64,000 nt of DNA. Origin: Monocercomonoides exilis PA203 (taxonomy: Eukaryota > Protista > Preaxostyla). Below the pieces are notes generated by a model. The model did not search any database, had not been told where the DNA came from, and worked only from the letters and a program-made list of their open reading frames with translations. This document shows, piece after piece, positions 29,931-44,100 of the stretch (positions are counted from its first letter, which is position 1; every line of letters begins with the position of its first letter). A program made the position numbers and the translations under genes. The stretch spans positions 186,001 to 250,000 of the forward strand of contig LSRY02000038.1 in NCBI GenBank assembly GCA_001643675.2, in the 5' to 3' direction.

Positions 29931-31383
29931 ATATGAGCATTGCCTTTCGTTTTCCTTCCATTGACAAAATAATGCTGAAAATTGTTGCAAATATTTTTCC
30001 TTTCTTCACAATAAAAATTCTATTCATTGACTTGTTTTATTTCTTTTTTCGATTTTGAAATTAGTCGTTTACATGCGTGAGACTAAAAAAGAAATCTTTC
30101 AAATCATTTGCTTTCTAAATTTTAAAAATTTTGAAATGCTGGAAATAATTATTTTGTAAATTAATTGTAAATTGCAATCGAAAAGAGCAAGAAATGCAAA
30201 TTCAACATGAAAGAAGATAAATAAAATGTGAATTGACTTTTTCAATAGTGAGCAATAATAATGCTTGCAATAAAGCATCAATTCAAATTATCAAAAAAAA
30301 AAGAAAAAAGAAAATGACTTTGAAGTCAAAGTAGAAGCGGAGAAACAAACAACTTCATTAATATTCAATCTTCATAAACATATAGAAATAATAATTGACA
30401 AAAAATTGGAGTTGAAAACATACAAATAAAAGAAATGTTTAATCAGACAAATCAAACACAGCACAAGAATTTTGATAGAAAGCATGAAACAAGACAATTT
30501 CAAATGAAATCACAACCTGACTCATTTATTCCAATCGCAAAAATAAAAATCTTCAATCCCGATCAAATATTCGTTTTTTACTTTTTAAAAGCGAATGAAA
30601 ATGAAAAAGCGCACAAAATTGAAGATGAATAAAATAGAAGAATTTCAAAATATGTCTAACAACGAAAAAAGCACAAACGAAAAATCACACATATTTCAAA
30701 TAAATCAATTCTGTAAAAAATATCATATTTCACAAAAGAAAACAGAATTATAATACATATCAGAAAAAACATCGAAAATGCTCAACTTCAGCGGCTCAAC
30801 ATATAAAAGTTGATTTCTTCAAAAGAAACATGAAAATACTTCAAAAAAGAAAAGAAAATGAAAGCTGATAAAATTTATGGTAGAAGATATGATTTGTTGG
30901 AGAAAATCGAATAAAAACCCACTTTTTTTGAATGAAAGTTCAATAAATCTTCTGAATTCCACAAAGACAACAGCTCAAACAGCTCAAATGATTGACCAAT
31001 TGAAACTTTTCATTCTGCCAGATAGAATTCTCGTTCTTCTCGAATGATCCCTTTGGCTTTGAATCTTTTGTTGTTGAATTTATTCTCTCTTTCTTCAAAT
31101 TTCTCTCCTTTTTCATAAAATTCTTCTGAATTGCTTCAAAGCTCTTCTTTTTCTTTAATTCACAAAATGTTTTTGTCAATCAAAAAGTTTAATAACACTT
31201 TTCCTTCCTTTTTCTTTAGATTCTATTCTTCTTCATTCAACAATGCCAGCTTTTTGGGTAATTGCACACTTATCGATGAAACACAACAAACAGCAGGAGA
31301 AGATGGCGAAGACAGACAAAATTCAACACGCGTTGCTCAAAGACACCATTCCCTTTCATTCCCAATTCACAACATTTCTGCTG

Positions 31384-34300
31384 TTACAGATCATCCAACT
31401 TTTCGTTTTCTTCATTTCCTTCTTTTTCTTCCTCATTTTCCTCTTCCTCTTCAGTTCTTTCACATTTCTTTGCTTTCTTCTTCTTTTTCTTCTTTCTCTT
31501 TTTCGTTGCCTGTTCTTCTTCTTCTTTTTCTATCTCATCATTTTCTTCTTCTTCTTCTTCATTTTCATATTCATCATTTGCTTTCAAATGTTTTTGTTTT
31601 TTCCCTTTCCTTCTTTTCCCCTTCTTCCCCTTCTTTTTCTCTTTCTGCCTTGTGGCTGTTTCATTGACATTCTCATCGACTATTCCCCTTTCATCCATTT
31701 CATTGAATGACAGCTGAGACAAAATATTTGCTTCTGCAACAACTCCTGCTGAATGCACTGCCAATCCATTTGCTTGCCATCCGCCTTCATTCCACTCACA
31801 CGAAGCAGTCAACGAAGGCAAAATCTGCCTCACAATATCTTCAACAAATGAATCTCCCAACATTTCATTTTCTGCTCTTTGCTCAAAATGAACTGCTGAC
31901 TCATTCAATCTGCCTGGCATGCTGTTCAAGTGCTGTGTGATTGATGCATTTTCATTCGAAAGAAGAGTAGAACTCGACGAATTGTTTCTGAATGAATTTG
32001 TTCCGTTTTCCGAATTCGGCTTCAAAAATTCAACTGCCTTGGTTGCTTTTGATGTTTGGCTTCTGCAATGCTCTTCATCACAAGCTCTGCCACTCTGTTG
32101 TTTCATCGACTCTTTCAAATGCTTTTCATTTTCTGTGAAATTCATTTGCTTATTTTGCAAGTAGTTGCCTTCTTTCTCTTCTGCCTCTGACTTCAGCACG
32201 AAAACTGATTGAGTTGTTGCTCCAAGATCATAAATTGGAACAGGCTGCACATTTCCATCCGAATGTGCTTCCATCACTGGATTTCTCAACATTTTGCCTT
32301 CTTCTTTAAGCACCTCCTGTTTCTCTCTCTTTTCATCAGTCTCTTCTTTCTCATCCAACTCATCTTCCTCTCCAATATCGATCCACTCCTTTGATCCCCT
32401 CTTCTTCTTCCTCTGCTTCTGAACCACAACCAGAATCGCACACACTGCCACAACAGCAATCGCCACACCACCAACAGCCACAACAACAATCCACCAAGCA
32501 AACTGCTTCGGCTGTTCTGCGCTGCCTTCGCCGCTTCCCCTCGCTGAGCCTGACATGTTCTGCACAAAAACGCATTCTGTCTTCACAACACAGCCTCCAC
32601 TCCCATCCTCCCCAGAAATCGTATCTTCTCTCAGCTTCAGCACTGCCCGAACATAAATCTGCATTTCTGTACCGCCAAACAGAGACAGCAGCTGACTCTT
32701 TGGCACTTCCACCACAACTTCCTCTGGCTGCTCAAAAGTGCTCCTCCAAAACGGCATCCGGATCACCTGCTTTTCGGCTGTTGCATTCGACGCATCCATC
32801 CCCAAGAACTCGAACGACACGAGACACGGAAGAAGATTCCTTCCAGTGAAATGAACAGAAATGTCTTCTTCGTCTTCGCTCCGAACATTCCCCGAAATAT
32901 GTCGCCGGCAGAAAAGATACACTTTTTGAGGAAATTCCCTCAGCTCTTCTTCAGCAAGATGGCAGCCTTCGTCTCTTGTCGAGACGAAAATCCCTCTCAC
33001 AGCGCATTGATTGCTCTGCATCCACATTTCCAGATACTCCCCTTCGCCCAGACGATCTGGATCTCTTCTGCCTGTCTCATCTGTATATGAACGGATTTCA
33101 AGCTCGCCCCTCTCACACAAAACGTTCCGCTGCACTGAAATATAATTTGCCGAGTCTGCTGCATTGCCCACAAACGAAACATCATCAAGAACTGTTTTCC
33201 CTTCAACAACTTTCAAAGCTCCAAAAGACGAATTTGTAAATATGACATAAGAGATATTTGTTGTGCAATTCTTAAAGGAAAAAACTGCTCTCTCAAATTG
33301 GCAGCTCAAATGTTCTTCTTCTTCTTTCCCGTTTTCTTCATAATTCTCATTCTCAGTCGCTTTCGTTCCTGCTGCTAAATTGCTTGAGCCAATCATAATT
33401 ATTGAACTCAGCGAAATATTGCTGTTCTCAATATTCAGCAAAGTTCCTCCACTTTCACGAATTTGCGCATAGAAAATATTTGAATAGCGAATATCAAAAT
33501 CCAGATAGTTAGCTCGGATCAATGAGGCAAAATTGTTTACACAGAAATTTCTTATTTCGAGAAATATTATAGCAATGCTTGATATTAATGAGGGACCAGC
33601 ACCAGCAAATAAAAATGGAGACACTGCAAATGTGACATAGTTGCTGTCGCTCAAACAATCAACATTAACCATATAAATATCACCATGGATCGACTTCACA
33701 AGATGTATCTTCACAGGAATATCTCCAAATGGCGGACGGACAAAGCTAACACGTTCCAAGCGAACACATTCAGAATTATAACCAGTTGCAATCAACGCAA
33801 ATCCTGCATCATCTGTCGTTGTGCTGCCAGCCTGATTCCTGTCCAAAGTTGCTGGAAACTGAAAATCCAATCTTTCAAAATTAACAAAATGCTCACACGT
33901 GAACAGATCGTGCTCTGACTGAATATTGCAATCTATTGCAACTGTTTCATTATATCCCCCGTTTGCTGAAAATCCTCTTATGCTCATATTTCTGGCTTTG
34001 CTAAATGTCACAACTTCTGCTTTCAAAGCACCTGAACCCTTCAACACGGAAATATTAAGTTCGGTTTTTCCTTCCGCTAATTTCTCATATGCATCTTTCA
34101 AACTGCCTATCGGCTCTTCCTTCGTCAGACCATTGCCACGTCCCCCATTCTTCGCATATACACAGGTTATGTTGGAAGGTGACAGCTGAGGATCAAAATA
34201 TGTTGATGTGAAATCAACATCATTTCCATCAGTTCCTTTTGCAACAACAAAGAAGTCATTCGTTCCTTTCTTATAATAGGCTGCAAATCTGCTTTTCATT

Positions 34301-35370
34301 GCTGATGCTATTTCCTCATGAAGTCCAACTGGCACTTCCAAATATAATCCCGTTCTCTTGATCGAATCCCATTCTCCGGCAGTACAACCAGCAAATACCA
34401 AATTCTCTTTTGTTGCAGGCCATTTCAATTTGGAAGCATCAGTTATTCCTGTCATCTTCAAATATATTCCCCCTGATTTCCCATTTGCGCAAGTGCATGT
34501 GGTGAATGTTGTTGGGCCTGTATTTCCAATTGTAAATGTGCTGTCTGTTGAGGCGCTTTCAACATAAAGTGCTCCACTTATCGCTGTTGTTGTACCGCTT
34601 GAAACGCATTCTGTGAAATTGCAACAGTCCAATGAAATCTCAATTTTATTTGTACTTGAGATTTTCATCACTGCGTTTGCACTTGATGTAATCTTCTTTA
34701 AATTCAACGATGTCAATGAAACTGTTGCTGCTCCATCCACCAAAAATGGTGTTTTAGAGAAAGAAACCACTGTCTCAGCATGAATGCATTCAACCTGATT
34801 CATTGCAAATGTTCCTGCACTCACTTTCACAAGATGGATCCGAACTTCACCTGCTGCAGGTCGAACAAAATCGCAGTTGTCAATCGTTAGAGAAACAGAC
34901 TCAGCGACCGCATGAATCAGTGAAAATGGGTCGGCATTTCCTTTCAATGCTTCAGTGCTTTGTGTCAATGTAGCTGGGAAGTCGAATATCAAGTATTTGA
35001 ACATCACAATTTGTTTGCACTCAAACAGATTACAATATGATTTTGCATCGCAATCTATCTCAACTTTTTCGTTTGTTCCATCTGCATCAGTAATTCCTTC
35101 AATCGTTATTTCTGATATTTTATCAAATGTTATTGCTTCAGCTTTAAGAGCATCGCCTTTGATAACTTTTATGAAAAGTCCAGCTTCATTTGTTTCTGCA
35201 AGCAAGTCATACGCTCCTTTCAAACTTCCAACAGGTGAATCAAATGTTGTTCCATCTCCCCCTGTTGCCCCGCTTTTGACAAATACAGTTGTCTCCGTTA
35301 TCACTGGATCAGGTGTTCGCGGCAAAACAGAAAATGCAACAAATATCACAGATACACATCGCACAAGCAT
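31384..35370 (-). CDS. Type-I membrane surface protein with two tandem N-terminal modules and a long charged cytoplasmic tail
   Basis: 1328-aa ORF. Signal-like start; internal repeat VFVKSGATGGDGTTFDSPVGSLKGAYDLL / VYAKNGGRGNGLTKEEPIGSLKDAYEKL; TGRNLLPCLVSFE membrane-proximal motif; TM WWIVVVAVGGVAIAVVAVCAILVVV; stop TAA. Confidence 0.85.
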   Translation of the reverse strand: MLVRCVSVIFVAFSVLPRTPDPVITETTVFVKSGATGGDGTTFDSPVGSLKGAYDLLAETNEAGLFIKVIKGDALKAEAITFDKISEITIEGITDADGTNEKVEIDCDAKSYCNLFECKQIVMFKYLIFDFPATLTQSTEALKGNADPFSLIHAVAESVSLTIDNCDFVRPAAGEVRIHLVKVSAGTFAMNQVECIHAETVVSFSKTPFLVDGAATVSLTSLNLKKITSSANAVMKISSTNKIEISLDCCNFTECVSSGTTTAISGALYVESASTDSTFTIGNTGPTTFTTCTCANGKSGGIYLKMTGITDASKLKWPATKENLVFAGCTAGEWDSIKRTGLYLEVPVGLHEEIASAMKSRFAAYYKKGTNDFFVVAKGTDGNDVDFTSTYFDPQLSPSNITCVYAKNGGRGNGLTKEEPIGSLKDAYEKLAEGKTELNISVLKGSGALKAEVVTFSKARNMSIRGFSANGGYNETVAIDCNIQSEHDLFTCEHFVNFERLDFQFPATLDRNQAGSTTTDDAGFALIATGYNSECVRLERVSFVRPPFGDIPVKIHLVKSIHGDIYMVNVDCLSDSNYVTFAVSPFLFAGAGPSLISSIAIIFLEIRNFCVNNFASLIRANYLDFDIRYSNIFYAQIRESGGTLLNIENSNISLSSIIMIGSSNLAAGTKATENENYEENGKEEEEHLSCQFERAVFSFKNCTTNISYVIFTNSSFGALKVVEGKTVLDDVSFVGNAADSANYISVQRNVLCERGELEIRSYTDETGRRDPDRLGEGEYLEMWMQSNQCAVRGIFVSTRDEGCHLAEEELREFPQKVYLFCRRHISGNVRSEDEEDISVHFTGRNLLPCLVSFEFLGMDASNATAEKQVIRMPFWRSTFEQPEEVVVEVPKSQLLSLFGGTEMQIYVRAVLKLREDTISGEDGSGGCVVKTECVFVQNMSGSARGSGEGSAEQPKQFAWWIVVVAVGGVAIAVVAVCAILVVVQKQRKKKRGSKEWIDIGEEDELDEKEETDEKREKQEVLKEEGKMLRNPVMEAHSDGNVQPVPIYDLGATTQSVFVLKSEAEEKEGNYLQNKQMNFTENEKHLKESMKQQSGRACDEEHCRSQTSKATKAVEFLKPNSENGTNSFRNNSSSSTLLSNENASITQHLNSMPGRLNESAVHFEQRAENEMLGDSFVEDIVRQILPSLTASCEWNEGGWQANGLAVHSAGVVAEANILSQLSFNEMDERGIVDENVNETATRQKEKKKGKKGKRRKGKKQKHLKANDEYENEEEEEENDEIEKEEEEQATKKRKKKKKKKAKKCERTEEEEENEEEKEGNEENEKLDDL

Positions 35371-37823
35371 GATTTGATTTTTCCAACAATTAAAATATTA
35401 CAATTATTTGCAAATTGATCTTAACAACAAAAGAACTCATTTTCTGACAAAGGGCATAATTATATGATGGATTCGATGTTTTTTGTGTTTTCTGATTCTG
35501 TTTACCATATTTTTATATTCATTGTTAGATAAATAAAATGAGTCGATTTCAGCCATAATGTCAGTTAAATTGAGGTCTTTGATTGATAAACTTTTCTTAA
35601 TGTTTATTTGCAGTTAAGATTTGGTGAATACCACCTCGGATATTTTGAGAGTTTGAAGTATTTTTTCTTTCGTTGCTCTGATTCATTTTTCATTCAAAAT
35701 CAAACAAAATGTTGCTGAAAAAACATGTGAAAATCGTCATTTTCCCCATCTTCCTTCAGTTGTTATCATTTTGCCTCAGACCTCTGAAAAGTCATATTTA
35801 TTTGATTTAGTCATTTTTCTTGAAGCGTTGATTTTGCATCTCCTCGAAGCATTTTTTCTTCAGAAATAATTTGCTTTATTCAATGAATTTTGCAATTCAG
35901 CTGCGTTGCAGATGCTGATGGGCGCATTCTTTCACCAAATGTATTTAAGGAGTTGCAAAAAAGTTGGTTTATTCTTCTGATACAAGTCCGCAAAGAGAAA
36001 TTTCATATTTAAATGTTTTACTGCTCTTTTTTGGAGTCATTATCCTGGGCAGATGGGAAACGAATTCTACTTGATTGAAGATAATCTGTTTTCTATTCAA
36101 TAATTGTCGCATTGCAAATCATTTGAATGAACGCAGCTCCAACATCGAATTTACAGCTGTGAAAGATTTGCTATTACAATGCATTTGCAGTGCGGTGAGC
36201 ACGATGGCTGTTCTGTTGGATGTTGAAGTGCTTGGTAATTATGACCTTTTTTTCTTCAGTGTCAGCATTGGCAAATTCAAATGTGCGTCTGTGAAGTCTA
36301 AATCGAGTGATATTCAAGTTGCTGAGAAAAAAAGAAAGCATTTGAATTTTCTGTGCTATCATTCTGTGGGAAAGGACAAATGCAGCAAACAATTCAATAA
36401 ACCAGAATAACAGATGTGCCAAGTGATCTATCAGAGATGCAATTTGCATTTCAGTTGCTCAAATGACAAATGAAGATGAGCATTTCAACGGAAAAAAAGA
36501 AAATGACTGTTTTTGCTGTTTATATAAGCTTGCTAGCACAGAAGATAGACAACAGCGACACTTTGCTGCAAAGCTGTCGTACTTTCATTGAATGGCTCTT
36601 TCAAATGCAAACTTTATTTTTCTGTCGTTTTATTTTTATTTTGTTTTATTTTATTGTCTTTTTGTTTTTTTGCTGTCAGCCCGCGAGCAATGAGTGAATG
36701 CTGATTGGCACTCTTCGCTGTGCCTGCCAAGTCGATTCCTGTGCTCTGACTTGGAATGATTCTTTCACAAAATGAGTGATGATGCTTCTCTCTTCATTGC
36801 ATCAGCATTAATATTCAATCCATTTTCCGAGATTAGAAAAGAAAAGAAAAGCAAACAAACATATTCTTTTTATATGTCTTCTTTTTAGCCAACAAATTCA
36901 TCTACTGCATCTTCTTTTCCATTCAATGTCTTTTCATCTTCTGTCATTGCAATCTCATCTCAAACAAAATAACCACAGAAAATGACAATCAACACGCATA
37001 ACACAATGAACTTATCTTCTGTTCAGTATATTTCTTCTTCTTCTCTTTCTTCTTTTTCCTCTTCCTCTTCCTCTTCCTCTTCATTCATTGTCTCTTTCAT
37101 TGTCTCCTTCATCTGCTGATGGCAAATGCAACAGAAGATGACTCGAGCTGTGTTGAAAGCTTTGCTGCTGTCATTTGCAATCATTTCAATCACTTTCGAT
37201 AAGAAGCAGAAAATGGAAGATCTTCAAACTTTTGGGAAAGTGCCTGGCAAAACAATCAGAAAGAATTGGCCTGAGAAAAGGAGAAGAGAAAGCAACTTAA
37301 AGTTTTGCATCCAAACTTCATCTCCGTTTAATAATTGAGAGAAAGTTTTTTTCGCAATTTTTGTTTCAATTTTGTTTGCTTCAAAACAATTTTTTTTGCT
37401 TTTTCTTTTAAATAAATTCTTTATGCTGTTATAAAGTTTGTTGCATTTTTTTTTCAAGTTATTCGATCAAAGCTTACAAATTGTGTTCAGAAAATATGTG
37501 ATTATTTTCTTTCAAATTTTTTCTTGAATTTCACGAACAAAATTGATTTCCAAAAGATAGAAACTCAGAAAATATAATGGAAAATCAGGCATTTGAAACT
37601 TGAAAAAATAAGTTTATGAAAGAGTGTTTTTAAAAAATAAAAATTTTTATTTTATAATGAAAGATTGATAAGGTGTTTTATTGAGGATTTCAAAAAACAA
37701 TTAAAAGTTTAAAGAAAAAAGAAAAATAAAAAATGTTATGGAAAAACAGATAACACCAAAAAAAAAGAAAAGAAAAAAGAAAGAAAAAAAAAGAAAAAGA
37801 AAAAAAAAAGAAACAATGATAGA

Positions 37824-37888
<65 letters not shown>
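37824..37888. repeat. (AAT)n microsatellite
   Basis: Perfect trinucleotide run, intergenic. Confidence 0.95.
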
Positions 37889-37894
<6 letters not shown>

Positions 37895-39707
37895 TCCGAA
37901 AATGATGATAATTGAATGAAATTTTTTTTTATAACCCCTTTCTTCAGCTTTTCGTGATTGTCTTTCATCTTCCAATTTATGAAACAAGAATTTTCTGTAA
38001 ATCCTTCGTGAAGAAAAACACGAATAAATGTTGAATGAAAGTTCAAATAAAAAAAAAATCACACAAGTTGCAGATATTCAATTGCATTAAAAAAAAAAAA
38101 CTCAGACAATTTTTCAAATAAAATGTTTTTTTTCAACAAAAAATATACAAAATAAATCTGACTTGTGTTTTCAATTCAAAGATTTTTGACAACAAAAAAG
38201 TGCAACTTTATATTAAAAAAATATAATACAAAAAAAAAAAATTGTTTTCGAGAACGAAGTTTGGAAAATATTAATTATTTCTTGAAAGACCTTTTGCGTT
38301 TGGAAAATGAACAAAAGAATTCAAGTTTTTATTTGATTTTGAAATCAAATGATTTTCGGCAACGAGGTTGAAGTCCTTGTCACAATATCAATAAGAATTA
38401 GCCTTGACATTTAATAGCTCATTGAGTTGTGTATTTTCTTGTTATTTTTGAATTCTTTCAAGTTGAAGAGATAAATACAAGTTATTGATGCGTTGCCACA
38501 TCCAAGTTTCATATGCTGTATTATCTTTCAATTTCACAAATAGAACGATTAAGAAAGAGTTCACATGACATCAAAAAGAATCATTCAAATAATTACTGTG
38601 AAAATATTATCCTTTTTGTTGATATCTGTGTTAATGAATAAGTATTCAATTATGGTTTTCAACTTATGAAAAAAAGAATCAAATGATGTGAAGAAAATAT
38701 ATATGAACAATAAAAATGTTTATCAAATAGTGAATTGTTGGAAATTCATCGATAATTTTTTCCATCACTAACATTGAAATTCCCGACATACAACAACAAG
38801 AATTCTCAAATAGAAGAAAATACGGACTTTCAATCTTTTATTGCACTTTGTGCAAATTTTTGAACAGCTCATATATTTAAAAACTTTTTCAGATTTCAAA
38901 ATAAATCAGACTTTCATAATCTGCAGACATGAATCACAGAAATATTTCACAAAGTGTTTAGGAATCTCACACATGTTTCAAAAAATGAACCCATTTTTTT
39001 TTTGAATTTTTGATCACTCAAGGTTTATTCACAGTGCAAAATCTTTTAATGAAAAAGCCTGAAGTGATATTTTGTCCCAAATCAATACATCACATTTTTT
39101 AAATTCACTCCTTCTATTTAACAAATAAGGAGATATTGTTCAGCCGTTGCTTTTGTCAAGAATATTCTCGTAAAAAATTTTGAATAGGTGAAAAAAAAAT
39201 TTTTTTTTTGTGGATTTTTTTTCTAAATGCTTTTGATAAATGCCAACAGAGTCTTTTAAAACAATTGATCCTTTTCGAAATCATTATTCCGTTCGAGATT
39301 AAATTGAATATTTTATCTCAATGAGGTTCTAGAAAAAAATGAGTTGCAACGTGTATCTATGTTAGGAACTGATTTTTGACTTGAAAATTTTGGTGACTGA
39401 TGGAAGCGACAAAAATTGTTTCATCATGAATGAAAAAATACTAGTAAAAATTTCAATGGTAACAAGAAATTATTAACAATATTAATTTTTTCACTTTTTG
39501 TATAGGTAATACATCATTTGAAGAGGAAGTTCGTTCTTCTTTAATGAAAAAAGTTGATGAAACATGGTTGTTCATTTCAAAAAACTTAATATCATTCAAA
39601 TGGCAACAGTTCATTCAAAAGGAGAAAATTTTATTTCACAATTGATATGTTGATGGGCATGTGATGTGATATCATAAACAAATGAAATGAATTAAAAAGC
39701 TATTGAA

Positions 39708-41147
39708 TCAGCAATAAACAAAATAATCTCCAATATATCGAATCAAAATATATTCACTAAATATCCCTTTAAAAAAACAATAACGCAAACTGATAATGCC
39801 ATCTTCATATCCTTCTTCTTCCAATCTGTCAAACACTTTTCTTTTCATTTCTTTTCGTTTTGTTTCTTCGTTTTCTTTTTCCTTGCTCTCCTTCAATCTT
39901 TTACAAACATTTTCGAAAAATTTCAAACAATCCTCAACTGGTGATTTTATCAAATCAAATCGGACAATTTCTCCCAAAGCCACATCAACAGCTCCACATT
40001 TCAATAAATCCTCGATCTCCACAGCAGTGTTATATGATACAGTTATAAGTAATTTAGTGCATTTTTCACGAATTTCTCTGTGATTATCCTTTGCTGCTCG
40101 AAGCATCTGAACAATGCACCCAATGATAACAACATGCTCTTTTTTTCGTATTTGGCACTCTTTAAAATAAATATTCAGAGTTGTGATCCATCTCCCGATT
40201 ATTATCACCTCTTTGCCTTCTTTCTTTTCCTCTCCATTTTTCTTCCAATCCACACATCTTGTCAGCTCTTCCAATTCTCTTGCCGTCTCTCTTGCAAAAT
40301 GCAGTTCGTCCACAACTACTTCTTCTAAGCTGTTATCATCTCCAAATCTGTTGATTAAAAACAGCCAAGCAGACTGATAGGAAAGTCGTGTCAGATTATG
40401 ATGCTCTTGATGATATTTGATGATCTCTCTGATTTCATTCAAATACAGTTCTTCAGGCACTTTCTGAAAACATAAAAAAATATTATAATAACATCAAAAG
40501 AAAAACATAAACGCTCATACGCGATTTTCACTTATGCAGCTCAAAGCCAATAATGCAATTTCCACGTCTTTTTGTGACCCTTTTCTTTCCTCCTTGTTCA
40601 TTGCAGCTTTCAGAAGAAGAGGCACACAAATAGAATGCAATTCCGAAGTGAAGTCGTAGATAAGCACAAGATAGCATTCATAAAGGTCAACAAGAAGCTT
40701 TTCATTTTTCCCTTCTTTTTTTTTCTCTTCTTCAGAAATCATCTTTTCAATTCTGAAACGCATCGAAGATAAAAAAAACCTCAATCTCCCAAAATTTCTT
40801 GTGATTTTATGATATCCGATGTTCTTCGTCAACAAAATAGCATTTTCCAAAGACAATTTCTTTTCTTCAATCAATTTATTAATTTTGTTGTATGTTTGTC
40901 TCGCGAAAATAGATTCAAATTCTTTGTCACTCATTTCATCAATTATTTCATTCAATTCTTCGATTTTCTGCTTCTGTACATCTTCGTTGCATCTTTTAAG
41001 TTCAGAAAACAATTCTTCAAAAGCAAAATTATCACTATAATCGATGATTTGAACGAATGTTTTCAAACCAAAAAACTTCTCTATTCTGGACATCTTCAGA
41101 ATTGCTCCAGCACACTCATCAGCATTATATGAGCTCATATTATTCAT
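39708..41147 (-). CDS. 3-exon helical (ARM-like) protein of an expanded lineage-specific family; intact-looking copy
   Basis: Exons 41147-41069, 41014-40521, 40463-39708. Introns GTTTGA...GAAG (54 nt) and GTATGA...TCAG. Motifs EKLLVDLYECY, VEIALLALS, LYLNEIREIIKYHQEHHNLTRL, RELEEL, EEEGYED are shared with the paralogs. Confidence 0.85.
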
Positions 41148-44100
41148 AGCAATAATTTCCCAAATTGTTCGAAATTGAAAATCACTTAACGAAATAAAAG
41201 GTAAAAAGAAACATCTTTGATAGCTTTGTAAAATGAAAACATTACAAACACAAAATCAATTGCTTCGCTTTATAAAAATAAGTGTGAAAAAAAAAATGTT
41301 CACCAAAGCCAATGATCTTTCCTGAAAAGGATAGAAAAGCAAACGTTTTTGTTTCTCTTTGATCAAACCAACAGGAAATCACTAAGTGAAATTAAACATT
41401 TTTTTTTCTTTTTGTTGCATGATTCGCATTTCAACTTGATTTGGAATTGAACAAATTTATTTCATGTGAAAAGAAATTGACTGAAGAGAGAATGATAACT
41501 TTCAAACAACAAAATGGCAAAAACAACGAAAAGAATTATTCATTCTTTTATCAAAGCGAATAAAGTTCAAAGAAAAGAACACAGATTATTTGTTCGCCAT
41601 GCATTTTATATTAGTCATTTTCTTGTCTGACCTTTATTTCCAAGATGACTCATGAGATTATTGAAAATGAAGGAATTGATAAATCAAAAATCAGAAAGAA
41701 CTGGTGATTCAAAGCAAAAATAGAGCAAAATACCGAGCGATACAACAAACTTGTTTCATCTCGAAATAGGCAAACAATGCAAATGCACAAAAGCTATCTC
41801 AACCACCAAAGATGTGAGTTTCAAGATTAGTGGAGAATCAACAACAACTGAAACAAGCATTTTCGTTTGAGACTGATCAAACACTTTTCACATGAAAAAA
41901 CTATTTTATTTCAATTGAATGGTGATTGAATGAGAAATACAAAAAGAACAATTGCAATGATCTGCATTCAAGAGTAAGCAAACTAATTACACTTTTCTTC
42001 AATTAACCAAAGAATCCAGAAGAAATAAATCTGACAATTCAAATGCCGAACAAAAAGAATGAAGAAAGCAAAAGACGTTCTGATTCTTTGTCCAAGACTT
42101 CCTTTTGCACGAATCCAATCTTCTTTGAACAAACTCGAAAATTCTTCTTTCAACTCACTGACCACATCTTGAAACAAGAACATCTAAAAAATAAATAGAC
42201 ATCATTTTTAATATCTCCTCAATCCTTCTGTTTTTGAAACGGAGCAATCTAAAAAAGAAAACTCTGCCTTTTCAAATCATTTCTCACCTAACTCTCTCAA
42301 AAAGCCTCATCTGCAACATCATTACCTTCGATGAGCACATTTTCGGTCTCTCATTGTTTTTCAACTTCGATGATGAAGTCACAATTACACAATCGTCATT
42401 CACAATCACAACCATTCGCAACTACATTATTGTTGACAATTTGAATTCGTCTGTTGGAAACACCAATACAAAGAAACTAGAAAGTCTCTACATGAATTCT
42501 ACAGGTTTTACAATGATTGAATGAAGAATTCATGTACAACTTTTTCTTTTTCTTTTTCTTCATTTCCCCTCTTATATAAGTTTTCTTCTGCCTCTGTGAC
42601 TGCACCCATTTCTGTTGCCTCCACTTTCATTCTATCTGCCTCACAGTCAGCTCATTTGGATGGATTATTCTGTGCATCTCTCACTGCACAATGAGAGAGC
42701 TCATTCAAACGATCCATTCATCATTTCAATCATTTTAATCATATCAATAATATCAAATATACGAGATATCTTGGCTGTTTCATGAAATAGATGCATCAGA
42801 TTTGAAAGTATAAACTTTTGAATCTTTTGGTGAAAGTTAGTAAATAAGACAATTTCATAGGTTTTTTTTCGTTCAGACCGTTCCTTTCAATTCTGCTTCA
42901 ATCAAGAAAGCTCAAACTCTGCTTTTCTTCTCTTTCTCCACCACTCTCTGCAGCCTTCGCTCTTTTTCAGTCACAAACATTGGCTTTATCAGAAGTTAAA
43001 ATGAAATTCTATTGTTCGTTGACAGCCGGGTTCAGTTGTGTTTTTTGAAGCTTTGCTGAAAAATTGCTCCTGATGCACCACATCAGCTTGGTTCACAAAG
43101 CGCCTCTTCTTTTTCGCTTATCTCTGCTCTACTCAGCATTCACCACCTTCTTTGATCATATTTTTTGTCAAAGTCTGCTTCACCGAGAACTTGTCGCATA
43201 GAAATTGAAGTGAATCTTCCTAAATAGCTTTTTCTTCCTTGGAACTCCGTTTTCGATTCGGAAACATTGGATGAAGCCAGCAAATGTGAATGCCTTTGAA
43301 TTATTCAACCGCTTCTGCATGTGTCCTATTCAAGTTTGGTTTGTTGACCGCATTTCCAGCATTCCATAGCTTTGTAGTGTTATTCATCATTCTCTCGAAT
43401 GAAAATGAGAGAGTTGATTTAATTTGTACATGGGCTTATGTTATCTTTTTCTGATAATGGTCTTGATTTCAGTCGTTTTCCTCAGAAAATATGCGTTTTC
43501 ATTCTCCTGAGCATCTTCAGGAAAATGATTTGTTGGAATTGGCTGTTTTTTTGCAAATCTCAACTTTTTGCTGCATTTGGATTCTCTTGTCATTCCACAA
43601 GATTTCTTCAAATCCTTGCATCTCTGTTCAAAATGGTTCAAAGTTGTTTATGAACAATAATGTTTTGAGAAATAATGTAAACTTCTGTTTTGAAGAAGAG
43701 CTTTCGCGCGAATAAGCGACAAAATTACCACATTTCTCGATATTTCTGTGAACATTTCATGACGCACTTTTTCGGAAGTGGCAACGGAACTTGGCACTCA
43801 GACAGCACTAAATGGCTTCTTTTTTTTCTGCTGTTATTATATTTTATTTCAAATTAAAGAATAACGATATTTGCCCGATATATCATATATAATACAATTC
43901 AAAAAGCGAACTTCAATTGTTTTATCACCTTGCGTTTTCACGACACATTTATGTTCAGTAAAGGCAGAAAATCAGAGAAAACCTCAAATAAATCATTTTC
44001 AACATTTGAAACTTGAAAAATCATTCACAAAATTTATCCCTTTCAAAACACAAACATTAAAGAAAGGAAATTCACAACTTCTTCTTTGATCAACATGTAA

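Noticed and set aside
36700-37340. Small membrane-protein gene on the minus strand
   Set aside because: TM-like and acidic pieces are interrupted by stops, and no consistent exon model was found.
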